From Candidatus Poribacteria bacterium (GTDB lineage: Bacteria; Poribacteria; WGA-4E; WGA-3G), in contig OZ243935.1 of NCBI GenBank assembly GCA_965214045.1, positions 2,663,231 to 2,727,230 of the forward strand: a stretch of 64,000 nucleotides of DNA. The letters are read 5' to 3'. The first letter of the stretch is position 1. Each line of letters begins with the position of its first letter. Shown here piece after piece: positions 1 to 10,300 of the stretch. Position numbers and translations under genes: made by a program. Below the pieces are notes generated by a model, which was given only the letters and a program-made list of their open reading frames with translations, searched no databases and was not told the origin of the DNA.

Positions 1-587
1 GTGTCCACCATCAGGTAGAAATTTTCGTGTTGATGGTTGCGTTCCAACCAATCACAAGCCGTCTGCATCGTCTGTGCGACGTAAGTGTCTGCCTCTGTCT
101 GTCGAAAATCAGCATTTCTGATGTGGTTGCCAAGTCCACCGGGTAACTTATTGGGATGTGTTCGTGTGTACTCGCGATACTGCAACGATTTTTTAGATTC
201 ATAATCGTACGGGTGGGTTTCTAAGTGATCCCCCTCTTGACCGCGAATCCACTTCCATCCCGTGAACCCGCGATTGTAAAAGAAGCCATTGTTGATATGA
301 TGCGGCGTATCCGCAATCATCATACTCACAACCCCAGTGTTCGTTAAGTCATCAGCGATGACGGGGACATCTCGCTTCAAGGGTTCCCACCCCCGCCGAC
401 AGATGCTGACTTGCCCCGTCACGAGCTCGCCTCGGATCGGGACAGTCGGAAAACCACAGACATACGCTTTGTCAAAAACGACACATTTTTCCGCGAAAGC
501 ATTCAGAGACGGCGTGTATCCTTTCCCGCCATAGATAGCGAGGTTATCGCGCCGAAATGTATCGGAAATAATATGAATAATGTTCAT
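1..587 (-). CDS. Sulfatase-like hydrolase (alkaline phosphatase superfamily), 3' end runs off the window
   Basis: Not in the ORF track. Manual translation from ATG at 587 (SD AGGGAG upstream): MNIIHIISDTFRRDNLAIYGG...TPSLNAFA...FDKAYVCGFPTVPIRGELVTG...ACDWLERN...FYLMVD, open to the window edge. Confidence 0.85.
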   Translation of the reverse strand, partial: MNIIHIISDTFRRDNLAIYGGKGYTPSLNAFAEKCVVFDKAYVCGFPTVPIRGELVTGQVSICRRGWEPLKRDVPVIADDLTNTGVVSMMIADTPHHINNGFFYNRGFTGWKWIRGQEGDHLETHPYDYESKKSLQYREYTRTHPNKLPGGLGNHIRNADFRQTEADTYVAQTMQTACDWLERNHQHENFYLMVD

Positions 588-670
588 TTAATATCTCCCT
601 TGAGCAATATTAGGTTTCCCACTTCGGGATTCAAAATGTGAGGGTTAATATTGAAACTTGCTGTGGATTA

Positions 671-2089
671 TTATACACCGTCTTGGGTTTCCGATGAAGT
701 CTTTTCGCGATTCGCCATTTGCACGACAGCGGGTAGGAGTCCGTAGATACCCCAAAAAGGGATCCCGATGGCGTCACCGTTCAGCAGATTGTTGACCGTG
801 AAATGTACCATCAATGAAATTTCTGCTGCTATCAATCCAATGACGATAGCGCGGTAAAAGCCATCTTCTAAGGTTGTGAGGGCACGAAAACCATAGCGTA
901 AGAAGGCAAAGTTCAGCCAAATCCAGATACCTAATCCAACAATTCCCAATTCCGCCATAACTTGGAGGTATTCGCTGTGGGCACCGAGTTGGTACTGGGC
1001 AGTATAACTGCCAACAAGTGCGACATCCTCCTCGTACAGCATCGCAAACGCACCATACCCTTTACCCAAAATAGGGCTTTCAGAGAACATTACGAATGCC
1101 TGTCCCCATCGTAAAAGGCGCGCTCGGTTTGAAGCGTAACTGAGGTCCACTGCGGATGTAATGCGTTCAACGAGGATGTTGTAGATACCCGGTAAATTTA
1201 GACACATCAGGAGGATAAGGCATGCGGCACCAATGAACAAAATCTTTTTGTGCGTAACGCCTTTCCCCAGTTGCAGCAACATGAAACCGACCGCAACGAT
1301 GACCGATAGCCAGACCCCACGCGAAAAGCACATCAAGAGACCTATACCGAAACAGACGAACCACGCTGTCCAGAGCACACGGTCGTACCCACTATTGTCA
1401 AAGAGGAAACGACTGAGGCAGACAAGGAAGAAGATCGCAGTAAACGCACCGTAAACAGAATAATTCGTAAACGGCGCGCTCCGATACGCGCTCGTCCACT
1501 GCCAGGCATCTATGTGATAAATGAGAACAATAACTGTCCAAATGACAGCGACCGCAGCGGATGGAAAACTGGCAATAAAAAGCCGTTTCAGAGCAGTCCT
1601 GTTTTGGATGGCAGCGTACACTACCACACTGAACAGCATGTAGATTGTCGCACGGAGTGCTCCTTTGAGTGTACCAAAAAGATCTGGCGTGTTGATTGCA
1701 GAAAGGAATGTAACAAAGATGTAGATGCCAAGTGGGACGGAAAAAGGGAAGGTGTTTTCCGATTTATCCTTGTCGGAGGGAACTCCGATTCCCGATCGGA
1801 GCACCCGATCAACTATTCGACGCACGCAGTAAACGGCGACGAGTATCCCTAAGAGGGGTTCTGTTGGTGTTTGAATCTCAAAGCTGCCTGGGAGAATGTA
1901 GCGAAATGAAAATGGCAGAGCGATGAGTAGCAGATAAACCGCAAGCTCCATGCCGAGAAAGACGAAAGCACAGGTGACAACCAGCAAGCTAAGAAGTGGG
2001 AGAGGCGTATCCGAATAACCGCCGATGATACAGCCGAATACGAGACAGACGGCAAATGGGAGAATGCGCTTGCCATACTTTAAAGACAT
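671..2089 (-). CDS. O-antigen ligase family (Wzy_C) membrane protein
   Basis: Many TM helices; motifs FSRGVWL, SNRARLLRW, PILGKGYG, AHSEYLQVMAELGIVG. Confidence 0.85.
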   Translation of the reverse strand: MSLKYGKRILPFAVCLVFGCIIGGYSDTPLPLLSLLVVTCAFVFLGMELAVYLLLIALPFSFRYILPGSFEIQTPTEPLLGILVAVYCVRRIVDRVLRSGIGVPSDKDKSENTFPFSVPLGIYIFVTFLSAINTPDLFGTLKGALRATIYMLFSVVVYAAIQNRTALKRLFIASFPSAAVAVIWTVIVLIYHIDAWQWTSAYRSAPFTNYSVYGAFTAIFFLVCLSRFLFDNSGYDRVLWTAWFVCFGIGLLMCFSRGVWLSVIVAVGFMLLQLGKGVTHKKILFIGAACLILLMCLNLPGIYNILVERITSAVDLSYASNRARLLRWGQAFVMFSESPILGKGYGAFAMLYEEDVALVGSYTAQYQLGAHSEYLQVMAELGIVGLGIWIWLNFAFLRYGFRALTTLEDGFYRAIVIGLIAAEISLMVHFTVNNLLNGDAIGIPFWGIYGLLPAVVQMANREKTSSETQDGV

Positions 2090-2094
2090 CCAAT

Positions 2095-2796
2095 TTAAAA
2101 TCGCATTTTGACGCCTAAGCCGATGGCAGTACCGTCTAAAATCAGGTCGAGTGGTATTGTACCAGTTGTTTCTACTGTCTTGAGTATCCGTTTCACCTCA
2201 AAGGTGAGTGAAAGGTTATGGTCCCACTGCAGCAGTTCTGCTCCAATGAGAATGTACCCCGTCGGACCTGAAGTGCTATTATCAAAACTGATACCCTGTT
2301 GTTCAATTAAATCCACTGCACTCCCACTAAAGCTTGTTCCGAGATAACCGATACCACCTCCCAAGTAGATTGGGAGATATTCGGTGAGAAGCACCGGACG
2401 ATAAATAAACTGATACGAAATCGGGATGAGGGTGGTGGAGAGACTCGCAGAGGTAGGTGGTGGGATGTCAAGTTCCATTTGCCAATAGCCAAACTCCAAG
2501 CGTGAATCGAACTCAGTACTATGTTCAAATACAACCGAAAATGTTGGTAACAGCGCACCCGGAATCCGCGATACCCCGACACTTTGGAGAATGTCGGTTA
2601 AACTGCCCAACTCCGGCTTGTATGAAAATAGAGACAACTGAAGCGAGGGAGATTGCAGGTGTTCTGCTAAAAAGGCTCGGATAGGGGATGGGCGTAGGGG
2701 TTGCACATCAGTGGTATCTGCAAGTGTTAGGCAGGGAGTCAACAGCAGAAGTAAGAAGCAGACAGATACCAAACGCATAAGTGGTAAAGTCCTCAT
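2095..2796 (-). CDS. Hypothetical exported protein, probable outer-membrane beta-barrel
   Basis: Signal peptide, amphipathic beta strands (PIYLGGGIGY), C-terminal Phe (GLGVKMRF). Confidence 0.6.
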   Translation of the reverse strand: MRTLPLMRLVSVCFLLLLLTPCLTLADTTDVQPLRPSPIRAFLAEHLQSPSLQLSLFSYKPELGSLTDILQSVGVSRIPGALLPTFSVVFEHSTEFDSRLEFGYWQMELDIPPPTSASLSTTLIPISYQFIYRPVLLTEYLPIYLGGGIGYLGTSFSGSAVDLIEQQGISFDNSTSGPTGYILIGAELLQWDHNLSLTFEVKRILKTVETTGTIPLDLILDGTAIGLGVKMRF

Positions 2797-2829
2797 CCAA
2801 TGCGCGTATAGAGTCGTGATATGACAGCA

Positions 2830-2857
2830 GTAGGCGGGTACAGCGACCCGCCTCTAC
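2830..2857 (+). repeat. GTAG-type REP-like palindrome
   Basis: gtaggcgggt-acagcg-acccgcctctac: hairpin with a GTAG foot, intergenic. Confidence 0.55.
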
Positions 2858-2934
2858 GTCGATACAAAACACTTAGACTGCACTCATTGGATCAGGGGGA
2901 CTAAAAAGACTTCTGCCCAATGAATGATTTAGAA

Positions 2935-3807
2935 TTAATGGCTATGTGCAGGAACCAAAATAACTTCGACCCGGCGATTCATAGCTCTACCTGAGGCAGT
3001 GTTCTGTGGCGCAACAGGATCGGTGTGTGCTTTACCAACAGCCTCAATTCTACCAGCATCAATTCCTTTTGATTGCAGATACTTTGCAGCGGAGTTCGCG
3101 CGTGCCTGTGAGAGATCCCAATTGCTTCTGTAGCTTCCGCGCAGGACTGGCATGCCATCAGCGTGTCCAACAACCTTGATCTTGGCATCCGAAGCTTCCA
3201 TGAGTTGTTCAACGATGCCATCAAGCATCTGTTTTCCGTCGCTGGATAGAGCGATTCGACCACTGCTGAAAGTGACGGTAACCAGCAATGTCGGTACTGC
3301 GGCAACTTCTTCTGCCACCATGGCTAAACCTTCTTCCAAAGCCATGACTTTAGACTCAAGCTGCTTTATCGCTGCGTCTTGGGCTTTATGGTCTTCTCCT
3401 TGGGCATCAAGGCGTTTTTGCAGTTTGGCATCTTCGCCTTTGGCAAAGTCCATCGCTTTTTGTCCTTGCATGTCAATAGACTTTGTCAGATCGGCGCGCA
3501 GTTGTGCATCCTGCTCTTTGGCATTTTGCATGCCAGCAGCAATGGTATCGGCATCTCCTTGCTGGGACGCAGCAATCGCCTCATCTTTCGCTCTGGAGAT
3601 CGCTTCCATTAGATCTTTGCCTTGCTCATCGACCTTGCCATCCAGCATTGTAATTTTGTTTGACATGTCTGCTTCAGATTGCTCTATTTGCGAGACATGT
3701 TCATTCTTCCACATTTCAAACTCTTCCTGATCTAACTTGCCGCAACTACTCACAACAAGTGCAACACCCAGAAGAGCGATAATTGTGAAAGCGGTTCTAC
3801 TTATCAT
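2935..3807 (-). CDS. OmpA/MotB family lipoprotein with coiled-coil N-terminal half
   Basis: Lipobox VSSC; C-terminal OmpA domain VVGHAD...SNWDLSQARA...NRRVEV. Confidence 0.88.
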   Translation of the reverse strand: MISRTAFTIIALLGVALVVSSCGKLDQEEFEMWKNEHVSQIEQSEADMSNKITMLDGKVDEQGKDLMEAISRAKDEAIAASQQGDADTIAAGMQNAKEQDAQLRADLTKSIDMQGQKAMDFAKGEDAKLQKRLDAQGEDHKAQDAAIKQLESKVMALEEGLAMVAEEVAAVPTLLVTVTFSSGRIALSSDGKQMLDGIVEQLMEASDAKIKVVGHADGMPVLRGSYRSNWDLSQARANSAAKYLQSKGIDAGRIEAVGKAHTDPVAPQNTASGRAMNRRVEVILVPAHSH

Positions 3808-4084
3808 GGATTCCTCCTAAGTTTTTTACAACAATTTAGTGCGTTGCTTGCAAGCCGATGTCGAGAAGCCGGCTCTCAAATTACGCCAAAAAGTCAACTT
3901 TCTATATGATATACTCTATTATTTTTCCGGGAATTCTTCTCGAATCCCACCATGAGTGTATGTATGCAAGCGAAACATTCACTGCCCGCGCAAACAACGG
4001 TTTTTCAGCGCCCGAAACTGCATCACGAACTTTGCAATATGGGAGACCTGCAAGCAATATGCTCTCACAGGTACTTCGGTATTA

Positions 4085-4114
4085 ATTATACCACTTTTTG
4101 AAAAAAAAAGTCAA
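4085..4114 (-). promoter_or_regulatory. Sigma70-type promoter facing the OmpA gene
   Basis: TTGACT-18 nt-TATAAT on the minus strand. Confidence 0.55.
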
Positions 4115-4306
4115 GAGTTTTTTTCAAGGGTACTAACGCAATGGAAGCAAGGCTTTAAAACGTCCTTGATTTTTGACGCGAGATGCGTTAAAATTCTATG
4201 ACTCGCCAGAGATTCCGTTCGCTGACTTGCAGGCACTTCGACTTGGAAGGCTGCAGAGGGAAGATGGTAATAGTATCCAGCGTAAAATTAGAAGGTAAAA
4301 TTAAAA

Positions 4307-5671
4307 GTGGGACAGATAAGTATCATCTTAATTGCTGGGCTTCTCTTTCTTTTCTCCTTTGAGCCACCCCAAGCAAGCATGAACATCAGTGATGGGCAGG
4401 TAATCCTCTGGACACTCGTCTTGACAGGGTTACCTATTCTTATCACATGTTGCGTGACATCCTATGTGGCGAGAGCCTTTCCCGCCCACGAAGAGAAGGG
4501 TCTGTCAACACTCTATCGCCTGCGACGCTTCATGATTGTTTTTGAGTGCCTCAGTTTAGCGGCATACCTCTGTAATCTGTATCTGTTGAATCTGCCGATG
4601 CTGATTGAAAAATACTTTGCATTCTTACCGATGGCAAATTTACGCCAGACCCTCGCGCTGCTTCCCTTACTGATCGGACTCATCTGTATCCGACTTGCAT
4701 TTTATCGGGTGAATAGACTCCAACCAGGGCACTACAGAGAGATTCTCAGTCTGCAATTCAAGTTTTTGCTTTTCCCGTTGTTGCCGATGTTCCTTTACTT
4801 GGCGATAATGGATGCTATTCACTGGCTCCCTTATGCAGCAAAAGTATTCATCATTGAGCATCCGTATATTCTAATAGGGTTGATCCTACCGGTGATTGTT
4901 TCCGTGTATATCTTTGCCCCAGTATTGATGCAGTTTCTATGGAAAACGGAACGACTCGCGGTGAATTCGGCCCTGAAGGAGAAATTGGACCGATTGACGA
5001 AGCAGAGTGGTATAAAATATCGGGAGATTGTAGTGTGGAAAACCGGTTCGCTGCTAATAGCCAACGCAGCTGTCGCGGGCGCATTTTCGTGGAACCGTCG
5101 CATTTTTCTCACAGACGCGCTTCTCGAATACTTTACGGATGAAGAAATTGAAACTGTTGTCGCCCATGAACTTGGACATATCCGCTATAGGCACATTCCA
5201 ACATATATGCTTTTTGCCCTCTTCTATCTCTTGAATTATCCGTTTTTTTATTTCCTGGTTGAGGAGCCGTTGGTCGCATACCTTGGAGAATCACAACCCC
5301 TTTTGTCTGCGGTATCGACATTATGCTCGTTGGCCTTTCTGATCATTTATTTTGTATTTATCTTTCGATATTTGTCGAGGCGTTGCGAACATCAAGCCGA
5401 CCTATATGCGGTTAGGCTTACAGAGAAACCGGAAGCATTCAAAGGAGCGTTGGCGAAACTCGCAGTGCTGAATTCTGTACCGAGGTCGATTCGGCGTTTC
5501 TTTGAAATTTTCAACACACATCCGTCCATCCATCGTCGAATTGAATTCATTAACCAGTGGATAGAGCAGAATTCCGCAGTTCAACGTTACAAAAATTATC
5601 TGGTCGAAGTCAAAGTTTTAATTGCCTTGCTGCCGGTACTTGGCATTCTCGCTGTGTTGTTGCTCCGTTAG
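4307..5671 (+). CDS. M48 family (HtpX/Ste24-like) membrane zinc metalloprotease
   Basis: HELGH zinc motif, E-x-x-A-D (CEHQADLYA), THPSIHRRI, multiple TM helices. Confidence 0.9.
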   Translation: MGQISIILIAGLLFLFSFEPPQASMNISDGQVILWTLVLTGLPILITCCVTSYVARAFPAHEEKGLSTLYRLRRFMIVFECLSLAAYLCNLYLLNLPMLIEKYFAFLPMANLRQTLALLPLLIGLICIRLAFYRVNRLQPGHYREILSLQFKFLLFPLLPMFLYLAIMDAIHWLPYAAKVFIIEHPYILIGLILPVIVSVYIFAPVLMQFLWKTERLAVNSALKEKLDRLTKQSGIKYREIVVWKTGSLLIANAAVAGAFSWNRRIFLTDALLEYFTDEEIETVVAHELGHIRYRHIPTYMLFALFYLLNYPFFYFLVEEPLVAYLGESQPLLSAVSTLCSLAFLIIYFVFIFRYLSRRCEHQADLYAVRLTEKPEAFKGALAKLAVLNSVPRSIRRFFEIFNTHPSIHRRIEFINQWIEQNSAVQRYKNYLVEVKVLIALLPVLGILAVLLLR

Positions 5672-5734
5672 GATCGACAACAGATACTTCAAATGGCTAT
5701 CGGAAACCTGCCCGATGATGCTGACCGTCGACAG

Positions 5735-6046
5735 TTATTCTTCTGCGGTAGCCTCAGGCTCCGTCTCCTCTTCAATCGCAAATTGTAACCTCTCTGCTAT
5801 TCGGTACAAGGGCAATTCATACTTTCCTTGAAGACGACGTTTTTCATCAGCGATGTGGAAAGCAACCAACAACGGAACCCTTTTTTCGTCAAAGCCTTTC
5901 CTGAGATAGGACTCAACTAAATCTTTGACGTATTCAACCAGTTCCTTGATTGCTTCTGGTGTTAGCTCTTCTGTCGGTTTTATGGTATAAGGTGTGCCGA
6001 GTATAACGAAGCGAATCGGCATAAAATCCTGTTCTTGCTGTTCCAT
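5735..6046 (-). CDS. zapA: Cell division protein ZapA family
   Basis: 103 aa; ILGTPYTIK...LVEYVK...LLVAFHIADE pattern. Confidence 0.7.
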   Translation of the reverse strand: MEQQEQDFMPIRFVILGTPYTIKPTEELTPEAIKELVEYVKDLVESYLRKGFDEKRVPLLVAFHIADEKRRLQGKYELPLYRIAERLQFAIEEETEPEATAEE

Positions 6047-6163
6047 TGTATCGTTGTTGACCCCTTTCGTATATCTTAGTGAACTGTATGAGATTGTGAG
6101 ATGACGCTATAGACCTTGCACCTCGCTGCGGTGCTGAAAAGGAATTCCTTTGAAACTCTCCAG

Positions 6164-6320
6164 ATGAAGATTAAGAATTTAATCGGGTAATTTTTACCGA
6201 TGCCCGGTGCGGTTAGGGGATTTCGTCTGGGAATAGACTCAATCCATTCCCTGTATTACATTCCGCACCTACCGGGTTTGGCGGAACATAGAATTACCCA
6301 ATTTATTTTTTAGACCTCAT
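6164..6320. repeat. MITE-like nested palindromic element
   Basis: Imperfect terminal IR (atgaagattaagaatttaatcgggtaatt / aattacccaatttattttttagacctcat) enclosing cccggtgcgg...ccgcacctaccggg; the core matches the element at 57407-57510. Confidence 0.6.
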
Positions 6321-6334
6321 GCGGAGAGTCATGC

Positions 6335-7219
6335 CTATAGGGCTTGACGCATTGTCTTAGTGCACGGTGTGACACCCGTCCATTTCTCAAAAGCGATAGC
6401 CCCCTGATGAACTAACATCCCGATGCCGCCAAGGGTTTGACATTTAGACGCAGTAGCGGCTTGCATCAAAGGTGTTACCGGGGGAGTATACACAATGTCA
6501 TAAACAATAGTACTGGGTTGAAGCCAGTCGGCAGAAATGAGCAATGGTTGTCTGACATCCATGCTCGTTGTCGCAGTGTTGACAAGGAGTTTGCTCTCGC
6601 TAACAGCCAAAGGCAATCGTTCGTCCGTGAGCCCAATCCCTTGCATAGGAACACCCGTCTTCCGACCCATCTCTTCTGCTAAAGAGACCGCCTTTTCCAC
6701 TGTGCGATTGGCGATTGTAATTGATGCTACGCCTCTGAGCGCAAACGCAACGACGACAGCCCTCGCAGCCCCGCCCGCGCCTAAGACGACAATGTTCTCG
6801 CCCACTGGTACAGACATGTTACCGTCCTCTTCCAAGGCATTTAAGACACCGGGGGCATCTGTATTATCGCCATATATGTTCCCTTCAACAAACGTCAGTG
6901 TATTCACAGCACCGATGAGTTCCGCTTCCCGAGAGATTGATGTGAGATACCGGATGACTGCCTGTTTGTGTGGGAGCGTTACGTTAATACCGACGACATT
7001 CATCGCTTTAAACCCGGCAATCGCATCTGCCAGATCATACGGACGGACATGGAAAGGGACATATACATAATCAAGATCTGCTTTGGCAAAAGCAGCGTTG
7101 TGCATTTGAGGTGAACGGCTGTGTTCAACGGGATCACCAATAACACCGACAATGCGGGTGTGTCCGGTCAGTGTTTTAGATCTTTCTTGTGGTTCAGTGA
7201 GGTGAGTCTCGGATTTCAT
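6335..7219 (-). CDS. aroE: Shikimate dehydrogenase
   Basis: HSRSPQMHN, NVTLPHK, GAVNT, NTD, GAGGAARA, MLVHQGA. Confidence 0.95.
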   Translation of the reverse strand: MKSETHLTEPQERSKTLTGHTRIVGVIGDPVEHSRSPQMHNAAFAKADLDYVYVPFHVRPYDLADAIAGFKAMNVVGINVTLPHKQAVIRYLTSISREAELIGAVNTLTFVEGNIYGDNTDAPGVLNALEEDGNMSVPVGENIVVLGAGGAARAVVVAFALRGVASITIANRTVEKAVSLAEEMGRKTGVPMQGIGLTDERLPLAVSESKLLVNTATTSMDVRQPLLISADWLQPSTIVYDIVYTPPVTPLMQAATASKCQTLGGIGMLVHQGAIAFEKWTGVTPCTKTMRQAL

Positions 7220-7248
7220 GTCCCTTTCCGTAGATGCTTCGCAAAAAA

Positions 7249-7360
7249 GTAGTTGTCAGTTATCAGTTGCGAGAGGGATCTGATAGTTCTAACATCCCCT
7301 AACTCTCATTGTGAGGCAAACTGAACGGATCTTTTCGCAGAAAAAATCGACTGACTGCTA
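7249..7360. repeat. Heptamer-flanked palindromic element (family A)
   Basis: Starts tagttgtcagttatcag, ends ctgactgcta; the terminal CTA is the stop codon of the upstream minus-strand gene. Confidence 0.6.
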
Positions 7361-10300
7361 TTTTTCAAGTAGACCTTCAACTGTCTGTTTTACCATTTCC
7401 ATTTTCGGGTAGCGAATTTCTCGATAGCCGCGGACTTCCTCCACACATTCTAACGCTTGGAGATGTCTTTCGTACGTCTCAGTGTCAGCCGGTGAAAAGG
7501 TGTCGATCACGCGGGTAATATACCACTCTCGGAACGCTTTTTCCTTGGCGTGCCACTCTGGAAGCCAGCGTCTTAGAAACTTCATACGTTTCATCAGATG
7601 CAATTGCCAATTTCGTGTGTCAATGTCACTTTCAAAGTCAAGCCCCATCACGGTGAAGTGAGGACGATTGAGATGAACATATCTAATCTTATCGCCGTTT
7701 GCTGTGTCAACCTTATACAGTTCCTTATCCCGTTGCAATTTTTCTTCGCTCGTTAGCAGATGTGCGACGTAGACCTCGTCCTTGATTAGCATAACCTTGT
7801 GGAGATAGCGAATCGCAACCTGTGTCGCTCGATAATGGTACGTTTCTGAGTCGTGTGCGTGCACCTGTTTAATCTTTTCAGCGTATATCCGTGCGTAGTT
7901 TATATCCTCGAACTGAATCAAATCATAGATATAGAGTGCGAGAGTTCGATGGATGCTGTCTGAATTAAGATTAAGCGACGCAATGATACTTTCAATTAGT
8001 GTTACGTATTCTCGCGCTAAACGTTTCCCATTACGTTTTTTTCTTAATATCTGTTGTTTTGCCGAAAGCATTTCTGTGTAGGTTGCCAACGGGTTTTCGG
8101 AACTTGCGTCCACAAGAGATCCAGTGTGTTCTAATGCGAGGCGACGCCCGACGGTGAACGCTTTCATGTTGATATCTAAATCGGCGTGCGGCACCATCTG
8201 TTTGAGTGCCAATTGGAGCGGTTCCAATTCGAGAGGTATCAATTGCCGTTGGAAAGCAGTACCAAGAAGCATCATGTTCGCGTATAACGTGTTGCCGAAC
8301 AATCGCTCAGAAACTGTGAATAAATCTGTGCCAAAATACGCGTCCGCATTCGTATACGTCTGAAGTTCCGCTTCGAGTGTCTCTGGGTCGAAATCGTCTT
8401 TGCCGATGAGCGTGGTGATTGTTTCAGTTTTGGCTGTATTCACCACAGCAGCGGTTCGATTCGGTGAAGCGATGCGGAAGAGTGAGTGTGCAGTAATCCC
8501 GCGGACCGCCTCTAAAATATCGAGTCCTAATAGGAGATCTGCCTTACCATAAGGAATCATTGGGGAAGCGTGAACGCCCGGTTGCATATACGCGATATGT
8601 GTATAGACACCGCCATTGCGAATTGCCAGCCCTTTCCTATCGCAAAATGTTACGTTGTAGCCCTGAAGATAGCCTGCAACGACGAGGACTTTCGAGATCG
8701 TTCCGATCCCCATGCCACCGACACCTGCGGCGTACATGTTCCAACTCCCCTCGAACGTCTTTAGGGGTGGTGGTGGTAAAGGTTTATCGCTCAAGAGTTC
8801 GCTATTACCGAATTCTGTTATTTGCTTCTTAGGGGGACGTTTGCGTGTGACGATAACCTCTTCAAACGCAGGACATGCGTATTTAATCCGGGCACAGGCA
8901 CCATCGGAGACGCAAGTTGACTGATCGATGGCGATTTTCTCGCCATAATCGGTATCGACTATTTTTAAACCCGGACATCCCGTGACAGTGGTGCATTCTC
9001 GACAGAACTCACACACCTCATGCGTTATATTGATGTGCTTTTCGTATTTAAGAAAACCGTCTTTGGCTATCGTTTGCCGTTGTTCACGACGAACCCGACG
9101 ATGATGCGTAATCGCACACTCTTTATCGGCGATGATAATTTTGACACCGGGTTTGAGAATGGTCTTCTCCAGATATTTTTTGTAATTCACCCTGTCTTCT
9201 GGGTTGGTGCGCACAATTTCTATTTCGGAATTACCAGTGAGCCCTTGTGCCACTTGCTCAATATCTTGTGCGAACGTCGGGTTTCCGAGGAGGTCAAACT
9301 CGTCAGCGGGCGTCGGTTGGTGTCCCGTCATTGCCGTTGTTTGGTTGTCTAAAATAATATAAGCGATGTCTTGGTTGTTTTTGATTGAATCCGAAATCGC
9401 CGCTATCCCGCCGTGGAAAAAGGTTGAATCCCCCATGAAAACGACCTGCTTGTTTTTGATAAACGGGTCGATGCCAGCCCCCGCACCGCCACCTAACGCC
9501 ATCGCAGAAAGATTGTGCATGAGACGTGGGAACGGTTCATATTTGAGCATTGAATAGCAGCCTATATCTCCATGGAAGACAAGATCGACAGGTCCTGAGC
9601 CGTGGTGCTTCTTCATATAGTCCACGTCCATGAATTGCTGCGTAATTTCAAGGAAAACGCTCGAAGAATCCCGATGCGGACAGCCGGGACAGAAAGTCGG
9701 CGTGCGTTGTGGAATATCGATGTGTTGTTCGGATACCTGCCTTTGGAGTGTTTCTTCACGTGAGAGATGTTCCAGATCGATTTTTGGAACAATGGTTTTC
9801 GGTGAAGAGGATTTTGATGGTTCTAACATCTCTTTGCTGACTGCTGACTGCTGACTGCTGACTCCTGTACCGAGGAGATGTTTGAGAAGTGGGATGAGTT
9901 TTTGAATAAGGATAGAGGCATCTAAGCCAGAAGTGACCGGGATTCCTGCCATGCCGTTGGGAAATTGTTTGCCCCACACATTTACGTATTGATCAATGTC
10001 TCCATTCTGATACTCGTGGGTAATGAATGCTTTTATTTCGTTCTCTAAAAGGGGACGTTTTTCTTCGATGACGTAGATTTCGTCAACTTGTGCGGCGAAT
10101 TCTCTGATGATGTTCGTGTCAATAGGGTATGTCATGCCCAGTTTGAGAATCGGAATTTCACCGTCCAACTGCAATTCTCGGAGTGCGTGGCGGAGGCAGC
10201 TATAAGCCAAGCCAGCGCTGACAAATCCAAGACGGTGCTTCTTTCGACCTGAAGTTTCTCCCATGAACTGGATTGCGTTGAGTCCAAGGTTCCGTGCTGT

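Noticed and set aside
5672-6163. 6S RNA expected next to zapA
   Set aside because: Only ~60 nt lie downstream of zapA before the convergent gene, and no 6S-like long hairpin is recognisable
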